From contig NC_043013.1 in the NCBI RefSeq assembly GCF_006345805.1, positions 2,542,001 to 2,606,000 of the forward strand: a DNA stretch of 64,000 nucleotides, read 5' to 3'. The translations under genes and the position numbers were made by a program. The notes below the pieces were generated by a model. That model saw only the letters and a program-made list of their open reading frames with translations. It was not told the origin of the DNA and ran no database searches. Below, in pieces: positions 38,415 to 51,639 of this stretch. This DNA is from Octopus sinensis. Taxonomy: Eukaryota. Position 1 is the first letter of the stretch. The number at the start of each line of letters is the position of its first letter.

Positions 38415-39104
38415 AAGGTGGCGAGATGGCAAAATCGTTAGCACCCCGGGTAAAATGCTTAGCGGTATTTCGTCCATCTTTACCTTCTGAGTTCAAATAC
38501 CGGTAGGGTCAACTTTGCCCCCCATCCTTTTGGGGTTGACAAAATAATATCCAGTTGGGTTGATGTAATCGACTTACCTACTCCCCACGAAACTGCTCGT
38601 CTTGTGTCAAAATTTGAAACCAATATTTCTCTCCGATTGTTTGCATGATGAGTTTAAATCTCGCAATGGTTCACATCGCGTTTGATGCTATTGCTACTGA
38701 AGTCAATCACTTCTTCTCTCTTTCTCATTTTCTCTCAGAATGAAATCGGCTGAGCTCAGACTTGATGAGGGACGATCATTGTTACGCTGAAAATTCCTTA
38801 AATACGCGGCGGGGCTCTTAGTAGCTTTAATGTCTAGTAGAGACGCTGGCTGTAGAAGTTAAAAAAATTTTCTTTACGTGTACCAGTTCTCTGGTTACCT
38901 ATCAGTAATAATGGTTTCAAATTTTGGCTCAAAGCCAGCAATATTGGGAGAGGGATAAGTGGATGACATCGACCCCAGTGTTCAACTGATATTTATATTT
39001 TCGACACCAAAGGGATGAAAGGTAAAGTCAACATTGTCGGAATTTGAACTTGTCCTGTTTTCCATTTTGCCCGGTGTGCTAACGATTCTGCCAGCTCGCC
39101 ACAC
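38415..39104. mobile_element. Tail-to-tail SINE B2 pair (38415-38625 +, 38914-39104 -)
   Basis: The second copy is flanked by the 18-bp TSD TACCTATCAGTAAT(A/G)ATG (38896-38913, 39105-39122). Confidence 0.85.
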
Positions 39105-40059
39105 TACCTATCAGTAATGATGTGAGGTATTATTGGCATGCTGGTTATGTGTTAGTGGTTGTGTGAAAGCAACGACGTTACACCGGTATGATATCAAAAA
39201 CTTATCTGTGGTACCGTGACAGCAATGGGTATTAATGAGATATTGGTGAAATGTTGGTAACTAGTGAAGCATCGATGAGTGTCCCACAGAGAACAATTTT
39301 AGATATTTTGTAAGCTTTTGAAGACATAGGATCCTTGTTGGGAACCCTAACTGAGCAGACATACAATCAATGCATCCCAAGTCAGGAACTTATCCTACGA
39401 CGGACCGGCGTCCCATCCAGTTGGGGTATTTATACACCATGAAACCGGGAAAGCGGACCTTATGACTCGAGGAAGTAACTTTACTTTTATTTTTTTAAAG
39501 TTGTGAATTTCTCAAACTATCAAGTGTCCTAGAACTGGTATCTATTGTTCCCTTTTTTAAAAACATGGAAGGGTGTGATTTAAGAGAAATCTGGTTGCTA
39601 TGCTATTTCTAGCAGATCGTATCGTATGCGGTCCGCAGCAGTTTCTGAATGGTTCGCCTAACGGAATAATTACTTCCAGATTTTTGTATTAATGCAACTA
39701 GCTTCATTGATGATCCCTCCTGTCTCGTTCGGCCCGCTTCTCGGAGAAGGTTGGCCATTCTTAAAGTCGAGAGGCTTGCGTTGGCTTTTCGGATCGGGAA
39801 CGGTGATGATTTGTGATTTATAATGACGGCGACGACGACGGCAATGACGATGATGACGATGATGATGACAATGACGACGACGACGACGACGACGATGATG
39901 ATGATGACGATGACGATGATGATGATGATGATGATGATGATAATGACTATGTTCGAGTGCATTGGCATTCTGTGTAAGTGGAAATGGTGATGATGTTGGT
40001 GTTGATTGGCCAATGGCTTAATTTTTTTGTTTTTGTGTGGGTGTGATGAGGGTGACGAT

Positions 40060-40920
40060 TGTGGTGGTGGTGGTGGTGGTGATGGTGGTGGTGGTGGTAG
40101 TAACTATGTATGGTGACCGAGCGGCGATGATTTATGCGCCGGTATATGACGGTGATGGTGATAGTGATGGTGACGGTGGTGGTGATAGATACTAAGATTT
40201 ATGTTATTTATGTGTGTGTGTGTGTGTGTGTGTGTATGGAAAGGGTGGTGGGGTGGATGCATTCGTGTAGTGATAATAACGGTGGTGTTGGTGGTGGAGG
40301 TGGTGATGCCAGTGCATTGGGTTGGAGGGGGGGGGGGTAGCGTTGGAGGCGGGGATGCTGTGGAGAAAGAAGTGCAATGGTATGTGTGAGTATTATGATT
40401 GGATGTGATAGTAGCGATTCGGAGGAGAGGCGGTGGTCCAGACACGTGTGTGTGTGTGTATTTTTATGTGTGTGTATGTGTGTGTGATAATGATGGTTGT
40501 AATTGTGGTAGTAGTAGTAGTTGTAGTAATAGTAGTAATAGTTGTTATAGCAGTAGCAGTGGTGGTGGTGGTGGTGGTGGTGGTGGTGGTGGTGGTAGTG
40601 GTGGTGGTGGTGGCAGTGTGAGGAATGCGTGGTTATTGTGGTGGCGACGATAATGACGGAGGGTGGGGGTGGGGGACGAGGACGGGCAGCGTGGTGAGAT
40701 GGATAGATATGAAGGTGTGATGGGGACAGTGAATATTGTGATAATAGAAGCGATGACAGTGGTGGTGGTGGTGGTGGTGGCGGTTGGTGGGTGGTGGTGA
40801 GGTGGTGGTGGTGGCGGTGGTGGTGGTGGTGGTGGTGGTGGTGGTGGCGGTGGTGGTGGTGGTGGTGGTGGTGGTGGTGGCGGTGGTGGTGGGGTGGTGG
40901 GGCGGTGGTGGGTGGGATAA
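40060..40920. repeat. (GGT)n / G-rich low-complexity region
   Basis: Direct reading; source of the poly-V/W/T ORFs. Confidence 0.9.
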
Positions 40921-41386
40921 GGAGATCATCCCTTTTCCTTTTTATCTTTTTTTATTATTCCTTTGTGTGTGGGTGGGTGGGTGAAAGGGGTGTTGGTGAT
41001 GGGACATGGGTTGGATTTGGTGCATTATTTGGGGGGGTGGGGGAAAGGGCGGACAGTTGCCTTGGTGAATAGAATGAAGGGGGGGTTGAGTGGAGTGATG
41101 GCTGTTCCGAGTGGAGAAGGGGGAAAGAGGATGGTGATGGTGCAGATGGTGGGGGGGGATTGCAGGATGTGCATTGGCTAGAGTGGTGTGGGGTGGGGCT
41201 GGGGTGTATTGGTGCGCGGTTCTCAGAAGACAACAATACATTCTACGTTCTCTGTTCTGCTCTGACATCTATTCGCACGCGCACGCGCACGCACGCGCAC
41301 GCACGCACACGCACACACACACACACACACACACAAGCACGCGTGCACAAACACACGCACACATTCACGTACTCTCACGTGCATTC

Positions 41387-41430
<44 letters not shown>

Positions 41431-41714
41431 AGCAAACCAATACACAATCACATACGCGGATATTTATGTTATGTACGTATATATAGCTCAATATGCACAT
41501 ACACACACGCAGACACACGCAGATACGCACACACGCACATATATATACATACACACTCGCACACCTATACACTAACACATATATGTATCTGAGCGTTTAT
41601 GTGTTATGTGTGTGTATACTTGCTTCAATACACACATATGTAAGTATAAATATACACTTACGTACATTTCCTACATATATATGTGTGTGTATATATATGT
41701 GTCCGTGTGTGTAA

Positions 41715-41754
<40 letters not shown>

Positions 41755-41874
41755 TATATATATGTATATACACTTATATGCATATAAGGATGTATAGTTT
41801 CTCTGTATATTCAAGCATACATTCTTATATACACATATATGTGGCATAAATTATGCAAATATATACATACTTAC

Positions 41875-41949
<75 letters not shown>

Positions 41950-42154
41950 ATAATATATATATATACTTCTTTCCCCTCTGGTGCCGCTGCGTGTGAATGA
42001 GTGCACAGGCGTGCTCGCAGACTCCCACGCAAAACATACATATATACATATATATATATACATATATATAATACATATACATATATATTATATATATATA
42101 ATATATATATATATACATATATATATATCTATATATAATACATATATATATATA

Positions 42155-42192
<38 letters not shown>

Positions 42193-43450
42193 TATATATA
42201 TATATATATATACATATATATATTACATATATATACCTATATACATATATATATATATAAATCTGATACGCACACACATACTCATACAGACACGCACAAA
42301 CGGCATAGACACACGCGCATTCACATTAAGGCAAGAATGTCTTTAAACACCGAAATAACAAGAGAAATTATCATGTGATCACTTTGTCATGAATATTCAT
42401 CAGTTAAGTGTAAGGCTGACCTTAGTTTGAAATTATTTATGCGTATACGTATCTGTTATACTTCATGTGTGTGTTTATGTGGCATAATGAATACGTGTGT
42501 GTTTGTGTATATATGTAGGTAATTATGTCTGTCTATGTGCGTGCGTGCGTGCGTGTGTATGATGCTAACATTTTGCACAAGAATCTTCCTTTGAAACTGA
42601 ATAATAGCAAGTCTCATCTAAAGTAGCTAGAATCTCTTGTGAAAAGATAGAAGACAACATTTGTCTTCATTATTGTATCATTATAATACTAAAATTCAAA
42701 TTTTGTTTGTATGTTTGGATGTTCCGCGATTTGAGAGTAAACAGTGTATTATGGCAATAAAATGCTCTCGACTAATGTGCTCTTACACTGAAGCCCTTTT
42801 TCGCTTAAAAAGTCATTTCCCAGCATTTCTGCTACTGGAACCGTCAAAATAGAAAAAAAATTTGTTTAGTATAATATCAACGCGTTAAAGAAAGTTATCG
42901 CCATTGATGCACGACCAAAAAAAAAAAACGAAAAGAACTTGCAAGCAACAGACCCACACATATACATACGGGCCGACACGTGTACGTTTACATACTTAGA
43001 GACAAGCTACTCGTTAGGAAGACACACACACACACACGCACACGTGCATGAAGAGAATCGCGCACACGCGCACACACACACAACAACAACAACAACAACA
43101 ACGGCGACGACAACAACACACACACACGTACAAACACACACTCAATATACAACCTCCTACGACTAACAGACGTATTTAATGAGCGACGCAGTGTGTGTGT
43201 GTGTGTGTGACTCTGCATGCGCATTTAACTACCTCGGGCAAGACCGTGTGCTATTGCTTGGTGGGATTCTACTACACCATTCCCGGACAAAAATGACATT
43301 TGCAATGTGTATTCATTGACGAAAATATCAGTATTGTGCTGTTTCCAAAGTTAAAAATGAAATATGGAAGAAATATGAAATGCCCAAAAGCGACGACAAA
43401 ATATTATAGAATCTCTGTAGATTTTGACAATGAGCATTGTTCATTTAAAT

Positions 43451-43726
43451 CAGTGGTTCCTAAACTTTTTCGGACAGCCGATCCCTTGGCCCCTGGGCTA
43501 CATTCCTAGTGTTTTCCCCACCACAAACATAGACCACTTTCTGCAGCAAATTCAAAACAACTGCATTTCACAGATATAACTTAACCTAATTAACCCATTA
43601 TTTCGTTGTTTTTACATTCATTGTCTCCTTGTCCCCAGTCCATTATCACCCCACTTTTCTTCAATGCTTCCTTGGGTCTTTCCATCAGTCCCAGGAGGGT
43701 AGTGCCGCACTCATTGGGAACCACTT
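43451..43726. mobile_element. hAT (Charlie-like) MITE
   Basis: TIRs CAGTGGTTCCTAA / TTGGGAACCACTT. Flanks ATTTAAAT / ATATAAGT match at 6 of 8 positions. Confidence 0.75.
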
Positions 43727-44178
43727 ATATAAGTGAACCCCGACTCGTTAAAGTAAAATGAAAGCTCACCCATAACATACTCCTGGCGCCATCTTAGCGT
43801 GACACAATACGTGCTTTTAAACTATAGCAGCCTTTCTCTCCAGTTTCACTCACGAGGCTTGAGTTACCTTGCGTCGATGACAAAGACATTTGGCCAAGAT
43901 ACTGCGTAGTAAGGTCGTATATGTGATTTCATGATTGCGTAGCAAACCTTTTAACCGCTTAACAATGCCTACGTCCACCGAAGCAATTTTGTGACAGTAA
44001 AATAGGGAGGGGGGAAAAGAAAAAGAAATGAAAGTAATCAAAAGAAAATCAAAAGTATAAAAATATCTTAATGGTAATTTGAAAAATACATTATGCATTT
44101 ATCATCGCTTATCATGGGGAGTTGGTTAAAAATGGGAAAAACACCGTGTTAAATGAATCAGTGATAAATGACTAGGCA

Positions 44179-44337
44179 CAGACGTGACAAAGCTGTAAGA
44201 AGCTTGCTTCCCAACCACGTGGTTCTGGGTTCAGTTCCATTGCGTGGCACATTGGGCAAGTGTCTTCCACTCTAGCTTCGGGTCGACTAAAGCCTTGTGA
44301 GTAGATTTGCTAGACGGAAAATGAATGAAACCCGTCG

Positions 44338-44412
<75 letters not shown>

Positions 44413-45545
44413 TAAATATCGAATTTTGAAAATGAGTGCTCAACACTGCATTGGTGGATATAATTTCTTTATTTGTGAATGAAAGCTCTCCATTTTAGAA
44501 TATACAGTCTTCCAAAAACACAATTTTCCAAAATGGAGGCTTGATAAAGTGTTTAGACACTAGGATACTTTCCTACTTTTCTTAACATGAAACCAATTCA
44601 CAAATAAAGAAATAAATACACACACGTATATATGCATGTATGTGTGTGTGTATATGTGTGTGTGCGTGTGTGTCTGTATCTATGTTTGTCTCCACCACCG
44701 TTTGACAACCGGTGTTGGTGTATTTATGTTCCAGAACTTAGCGGTTCGGCAAAAGAGACCCATAGAATAAGTATCAGGCTTAAAAGTTAAATAAGTACAC
44801 GGGTTGATTCAGTCGACTAAAAATTCTTCGGGGAGGTGCTCCAGCATGACCGCAGTCTAATGGCTGAAACAAGGGGAAGATAAAGGATAAAGATAATAGA
44901 ACTTATGGGGAAAATAGGTTTCGTTCTGAGAACTGAAGTTGTCTTCCTTGACTGACCTAAATAACATTTCCAAAGCAGTCTTTAAACTCACATAACGATA
45001 TTGTTTCATGTCTGGAAAATGATAGAGCAAACTTGAACAACATATGACCAGTGAATTATAGAAATAATAATAAAAACATTTATACCATAAGAAGGAGAAA
45101 CTTTGATTGATTGCTGATCGATGTTTTCTCAGATCAATTCGCAAGGAGCGTAACATGGTTCACGATTCAATTTTCCGTGTTATTTCAGATCTGTGGTGAA
45201 TGAACCAGCGGTGCACGACGATGGCTCTGGGTTCAGTCTCACTCCGTGGCACCTTGGGCAAGGGTCTTTTGCTATAGTCCAAAGCCTTGTTAGTGGGATT
45301 TGGTACACGGAAACTGAAAGAAGCCCGTCGTGTGTGTGTGTGTGTGTGTGTGTATGTGTTGACCTCACCACCGCTTGAGAACCGGTGTTAATGTGTTTAC
45401 GTTCCTCTAGTTTAGCTGTTCGGCAAAAGAGACCGATAGAATAAGTGCCAGGCTTTAAAAAGTACTGGTGTCGATTCATTCGATTACAAATTCCTCAAGA
45501 TGGTGCCCCAGCATGACCGCAATCTAATGATTGAAACAATATACA
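44179..45545 (+). mobile_element. Two consecutive SINE A copies (44179-44880 with an expanded middle; 45190-45545)
   Basis: Both halves are recognisable in each copy. Confidence 0.8.
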
Positions 45546-46152
45546 ATATAAAAGATTTATAGGACAAATTAGATTATTGAAAATGTAATCATGATTGCTG
45601 GACATGTCATCATACAAACAGGTGCCATCGCAGTTTATTCTTTACCAATTTTCACTTCACTTCATTAAACTGAAAATTTGACCACAGGATATATTTAGAA
45701 TCCCGAAATAATGAATAACTTTATGAATATAAAAGTTCCGTTACCTAATCTGACCTGAAACCCAAATACCGGAGATCAAACGCACACCAGGTAGACTCTA
45801 TGTTTAAATCATATATTAGGAAGAAATGTGTTAATGAAATATGTATTTCTTATCTATGCTACTATCGTCGTTTTCAGTTTTTCGTTTTATTTTCTCACAT
45901 TTTACTTTTATAACATTCGTATCTTAAAATAAAATTAAAGATAAGAATTTCACCCAACATGTAAGCAACGTATAATTTATACATTTATAATTACGTGCCT
46001 GAAATGATGAGAGTACAATTTGAAGGACTTTACATTATTTTTATAATTGAAAATGATAAAGTACTGCATGTTCTTTCTTTCCGAGTTTTCTGTTTACGAA
46101 TATATATCTTTATACGTGTTGCGCATATTGATATTATATATACATGTAGATA

Positions 46153-46649
46153 TCTTTATATATAAAAGAGAGGTTGTGTGTCTGTCTCCTACGATTTAGA
46201 TTCCTAACTACTCCCACATTTTGCGGTGCAGTTTAACCAAAACCGGGTATCTTATAGTCGTGATTCATATCGAGCCCTTCTGGGTATTAGCGCGCGTCTA
46301 CGATGAGTCTACGATTTAAAAAAAAATTTACCATCATTTTTTTCTATTTTAATGCATTTTTTCGCTATTATATAAGGGAAGTAACTCTCTAAAAATGTCT
46401 ACGATGAGTCAACGATTTAAAAAAAATTTACCATCATTTTTTTCTATTTTAATGCATTTTTTCGCTATTATATAAGGGAAGTAACTCTCTAAAAATGTCT
46501 ACGATGAGTCAACGATTTAAAAAAAATTTACCATCATTTTTTTCCTATTTTTAATGCATTTTTTTGCTATTTTTTGGCTATAACTCTATAAAAATGCTTA
46601 TATAGTTATTTCCCTTACAAACTCGAGCAACGCCGGGCGATACTGCTAG
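46153..46649 (+). mobile_element. Non-autonomous Helitron with internal ~100-bp tandem repeats
   Basis: A|TC start (46152/46153), subterminal hairpin CTCGAGCAACGCCGGG, CTAG|T end. GTCTACGATGAGTC recurs at 46296, 46397 and 46497. Confidence 0.85.
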
Positions 46650-46748
46650 TGATATATAAATTATAGAGTAAATTGACAATGTAGTTTATTCTGTAATCGG
46701 TAAAATAATCCATGATGCATTTAAAAAAGACGATAATGAAAACTGGAA

Positions 46749-46867
46749 AAGAGATGAGACTGTCAAGAGATGAGACTGTCAAGAGATGAGCCTGTCAAGA
46801 GATGAGACTGTCAAGAGATGAGACTGTCAAGAGATGAGACTGTCAAGAGATGAGACTGTCAAGAGAT
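46749..46867. repeat. 16-bp tandem repeat (AAGAGATGAGACTGTC) x about 7.4
   Basis: Direct reading; one variant unit. Confidence 0.95.
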
Positions 46868-47396
46868 GTGCTCGTTTTTTGCTAAACCTTGGAGTAATAT
46901 TTGACACTGCTGGACGTCAAGCATCTTTTTCAGCGTTGAACGATTTTTGGCTTTAGTAAGGGTTAAAGCCGAAAAAAGTCATTTCACATTGGTATGTAGT
47001 ACTAAATGACTAAAGAACATTATATGCCATTTCAGAAATAACATATAAACTGAAATTCAAGGGTTTGAATTTAATTTTCGCGATCCATAGTTTAAGAAGC
47101 GCTGATCTAAAAAGTATTCCACTCATAGTCTTTTTTTTCCAGACGTTGTAATATTTGGGAAAAAATAATGAAATAGATCTTTTCTAGTCGTAGGGCGGCA
47201 CGTTGGGAATCAAAGGAGATTTGTCTACCATATTTAACAGGCCGAGCAAACTAATTGGGTCTTTTTACTCTATTTTATTGCTATGTTAAGCAATATTAAC
47301 TTATGTATACCTGTATGCAGTTTTAGAATGGAAAAAAGAAAAGGAAAAGGAAAAAGGAAAATACAGTAACCCAGACAATAGTCTAAAGAAAGTTAA

Positions 47397-47648
47397 CTAT
47401 GACACAGTGGGTGCATCATCATCATCATCATCATCATCATCTTCTTCTTCTTCTTCTTCTTCTTCTTCTTCTTCTTCTTCTTCTTCTTCTTCTTCTTCTT
47501 CTTCTTCTTCTTCTTCTTCATTGTTTTTGAGTTGTACTTCCAACTCCACTGCATGGAGTTCTGATGCGTCTTCCGGAATTTTACTCTCTAATGTATTCTT
47601 TAAGAGTGAAGTTCCGTCAACAGAAAGTGATATCGGTATGGGGGAGAA
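47397..47648 (-). other. Candidate terminal exon with acidic tail
   Basis: Open frame FSPIPISLSVDGTSLLKNTLESKIPEDASELHAVELEVQLKNN-E26-D9-APTVS*. AATAAA at 47279-47274 lies downstream. No ATG; several possible acceptors. Confidence 0.35.
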
Positions 47649-47812
47649 TCAATCTTAAGTAACAATTTCTGAAAAACTATATATATCAGTGAGATAAAAT
47701 AAAAGTATGTGTAAATACAAATATAAATGTAAATATCAACGTTTTTTATTATCTCCCTTTCTCTAGTAAAGAAGAGGTATAATATGCTAGAACATTTCCA
47801 TCACACGAATTT

Positions 47813-48231
47813 GGGAGAGCTGGTCGAATCGGTTGCATGCCGGACAAAATGTTTAGCGGAATTCTTTCGATTTCACATTCTGAGGTCGACTTTACTTTTC
47901 ATCTATTCGGGGGTCAATAAAATAAGTACCTTTTGAGCACTAAAATCGTTGTAATCGACTAGCCCCCAAACCCAGATTTTTAAGCTTTCTGCATCTACAA
48001 GACAGAAAGAAATATTGGTTTCAAATTTTGGCACAAGGCCAGCAATTTTAGAGGCAGAAGGTTAGTCGATTACATCGACCCCACTGCTCAATTGATACTT
48101 ATTTAATTGAGCCCGAAAGAATGAAAAACAAAGTCGACCTTGGTGGAATGTGAACTCGGAACGCAAAGGCGGACGAAATGCCGCTAAGCATTTTGCCCGG
48201 CGTGCTAACGGTTCGGCTAACTTGCCGCCTT
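47813..48231. mobile_element. Abutting tail-to-tail SINE B pair (47813-48005 +, 48017-48231 -)
   Basis: Homology to B2 in opposite orientations. Confidence 0.8.
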
Positions 48232-48405
48232 AGTAGCAAAAAATATTTCCATCACTTGCTTATCACAACATCCGAACTTTTCCGTTTTCCTTTCCTTGTC
48301 TGTTTTCCTTTCCTCGAGAAACTTATTTTATCCGAGACTTTTATTTTCACTTTTATACACAGCAAAACATATGGACTTCCAATTTATTTTAAAATATCTT
48401 TATTC

Positions 48406-48638
48406 ATATTGTTGTATTTAGGAATGGTCATGTTGCCAGTTTAGCCAATAAAAACACACGCACTATATATTTGGTGTTAATTTTTTCAGCTTTATTTATT
48501 TTTTACATTAATCGCCGAAATAAGATTAAGATTAATGTAAAAAATGAATAAAGCTGAAGCAAATTAAGACCAAATATATAGTGCGTGTGTTTTTATTGGC
48601 TAAACTGGCAACATGACCATTCCTAAATACAACAATAT
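48406..48638. mobile_element. Near-perfect foldback MITE (108/109-bp arms, 16-nt loop)
   Basis: 48406-48513 versus the reverse complement of 48530-48638 differs at only about 4 positions. TA at both ends. Confidence 0.92.
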
Positions 48639-49559
48639 ATGTTTCAACACACGATTTCACATCAAGAATCTTGCAAAACAAATATATATCTTTATTCAGT
48701 TGGATTAATTAGGCTAACACAAATCCACAGAGGATTTCTTGAATCTTAAGCTTTTGTATCAAAAAGTGAGAATCCAACACATAACGATTTAGTTGGCGCT
48801 TGCTGTCGAAATATTTCCAATGTCTTTTATATTTTGAAAGTGGCAGCAAACTATGTCGAATATAGATAATAGTTATCACCTTGCTATCAAGACTTTGCAT
48901 TTTAAAAGTTTTATTTTTAAAATTTCAAAAAGAAATCTCTTGAAATATGTTTTATGACGGACATTTTATCAGAATACTCTCTCAGGTCAATAACATTGCG
49001 GTCAATGGCTTGTAGTAATAACACGTACACAGATAAACAGAGAAAGAAAGTGAGGGGGAGAGGAAGCAGTGAGAGGAGGAGGAGAGAGAGAAAGGAGAGA
49101 CCCACTCATACGCACACACCTACATAGCCAAACATTATATAGAATTATGTACAAACTGACATAGGAGCACATACGCAGTAGATTATAGTAATAAAATAGA
49201 TACGCTGATATACGCATGCATGTACATGCACGTATATATATATGAACATATGTGCAATAACCTGCAGTAAAAACATACATACAAACTTATAGAGACACAC
49301 ACATATATAACGACATATGAACACAAACAGTGCCATACATACACACACATATACACTCAAACATATGAGCAAATGCACACACACACATACACATATATAC
49401 ACACACACATACAAACACACGTGCATACTCACTCATTTGCTAAGATATATATAGAGTCAGAGAGATCTGCTGCCTGCATATATACATGCATAGACACAGT
49501 CTTTTGTCTCATATAATTATGACGTATACACGCACGAGAGTGTATAGAGATCACGTATC

Positions 49560-50137
49560 TACAAAATGGATTCAAGAAGTTTCCAGATATCTTCAGAAGA
49601 GACATTTATGAATTCCAAAGAAGTACAAAACTCTAATCTCTTTCAAACTAGAACCCTCTGACCTCAATACACTTGTTCTAGCGCTCCAGCCATTTCATGA
49701 TGGCCCCATGGAGGTCCCCCAAACCGAAGATACTCAAGACCCTAGCCACAGCCTCTTTCATCTTCAAACGACTCGTCCCTGAGGTTTGTCCTTCAGCTTG
49801 GAGAACGACCAAAAGTCACAGGAAGCAAGGTCTGGACTGCAGGGAATGTGGAGGACAGTTTTGATGTCTATTTCTGTCAAGTAATTAGTTACCAGGATGC
49901 TCATTACTGAGCACCTTGGGAAAAAACTTTGCACAAATTTTCAGAAATTCATGAATAATTCTGTGTACAGTCGCTACATTAACTCCAAACTCAATGCTTA
50001 TTGTATTTAGACACACACAAGTCTTCACACAGAAAATTGCGTCTTTTCTCAACCAGCTTTGATGTTTTGTTGCTTCTCTCCCTCCCATACTTATCATCGT
50101 CTCACACCTTATCTCTATCGTCCTTGAACCTCTTGTT
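49560..50137 (-). mobile_element. Internally deleted mariner transposon
   Basis: HTH/linker ISIEFGVNVATVHRIIHEFLKICAKFFPKVLS, then SPDLASCDFWSFSKLK..MKEAVARVL..KWLER*NKCIEVRG (YSPDLAP motif). Decayed TIRs. Confidence 0.88.
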
Positions 50138-50884
50138 ACATACATACGTACATACATACATACATACATACATACACACAGACACACACATACGTAGACA
50201 TACAGGTAAACGTACACAGATACCTGTATGTATATCCGAAACTTCGAAGTCACTGTCAACAACATTCTTGGCTAAGAAAAATAAATTTGTACTCTACAAC
50301 AACATAGAGTAACTCAGATTAATGTAAAACTGTTTTTATTATAAGTGAATATAAAAAAAAACAAATATCGGAATAGGTATATATAATTGTATATGTATGT
50401 GTGTATATGTGTGAGTATGTGAGACTGTGTATGTGTGTGTATCTCGTGGTGAATTCCTAGAGTCGCTACAGTCGCTATAGTCGCTCCGAGCTCAAATCTC
50501 GCTGGAGACAACTTTGTCTTTCATCAGCACGAGGTCAATAATTAAAATACCAGAGAATGGCGGGTTGACCAAATTAAAATGGGATGAGATGGATGGCTTT
50601 GTGAATGCCTTGTCTTCTGACAGTAACACAGGCGATCACATTGGAATCATGGCGTATCAGCTGGCAATGCAGTTCTCTGGTGGCATAAAGAAAGAAAGGT
50701 GGTGTGGGGGGCTTGCATACTTAGATAACAACTCTTCTCTGAAAATCTTTGCATAGGGCTGCACCTCGAAGAAGCTTCAGCTATTCAAACTGCCTGTAAC
50801 AAAATGGCAAAAATGTCAATGATACGCATATGTGTACGCGTGTGTGTGTGTACATGTGTGTATATATAAATACACACACACACA

Positions 50885-50958
<74 letters not shown>

Positions 50959-51142
50959 CACGTATGTATGTATGTATGTATGTATGTATAGTTAAAATTT
51001 ACAGTAAACAAAAAACGAAGACAGGTGAGAGAAAAGGAAATGTGTAAGGATTAACGGTTCAACATAATTCATCATGTTGAACCGTTAATGTGTATGAGTG
51101 TATACACACACACACACACACACACTCACACACGCATGTACG

Positions 51143-51192
<50 letters not shown>

Positions 51193-51215
51193 CCCCCTAT
51201 CTATCTGTCTATCTG

Positions 51216-51255
<40 letters not shown>

Positions 51256-51413
51256 TACATATATCCTATATGTATATATATCCTGTATATATGTATATTA
51301 TAAAAATATATATATAAAATATATATAAGGATATTGTTGTTTATAATAATGTTAAGTGGTATAGAATGCGTAAATAACCATCAAGGTAATACCATAAGGT
51401 AAAAAATTATTAA

Positions 51414-51638
51414 TTAATAATTAAGGGTGCTACATGTGACACTAGCTAGCACACTAAAAATACGGGTATGACTGGCTTTTCAGTTTCCGATTCTTTTCGC
51501 TTTTGTTAAGGGGTTAAGAATTTCTGCTCATTCCCCCGATTTCAATTAATGTGTATCAGTGAAAAGTTATGGTTGTAGTCGTTTTCTGGCTGCTATTTTT
51601 AGCCTGCTGTTACCACTTGTAGCACCCTTACTTATTAA
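51414..51638. mobile_element. MITE with 21-bp TIRs
   Basis: TTAATAATTAAGGGTGCTACA / TGTAGCACCCTTACTTATTAA (1 mismatch). Confidence 0.75.
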
Positions 51639-51639
51639 C

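Noticed and set aside
38755-38800. Additional hammerhead-like motifs (also 56566-56596)
   Set aside because: The cores are too degenerate (no intact GAAA or stem pairing) to distinguish from chance.
50514-50756. 80-aa ORF / 171-nt symmetric exon (STRSIIKIPENGGL...)
   Set aside because: The apparent acceptor and first codons align to a decayed SINE B body (GAGCTCAAATCTCGC..ACTTTGTCTTTCATC..GGTCAATAA), and the donor (GTGGTG) is poor.
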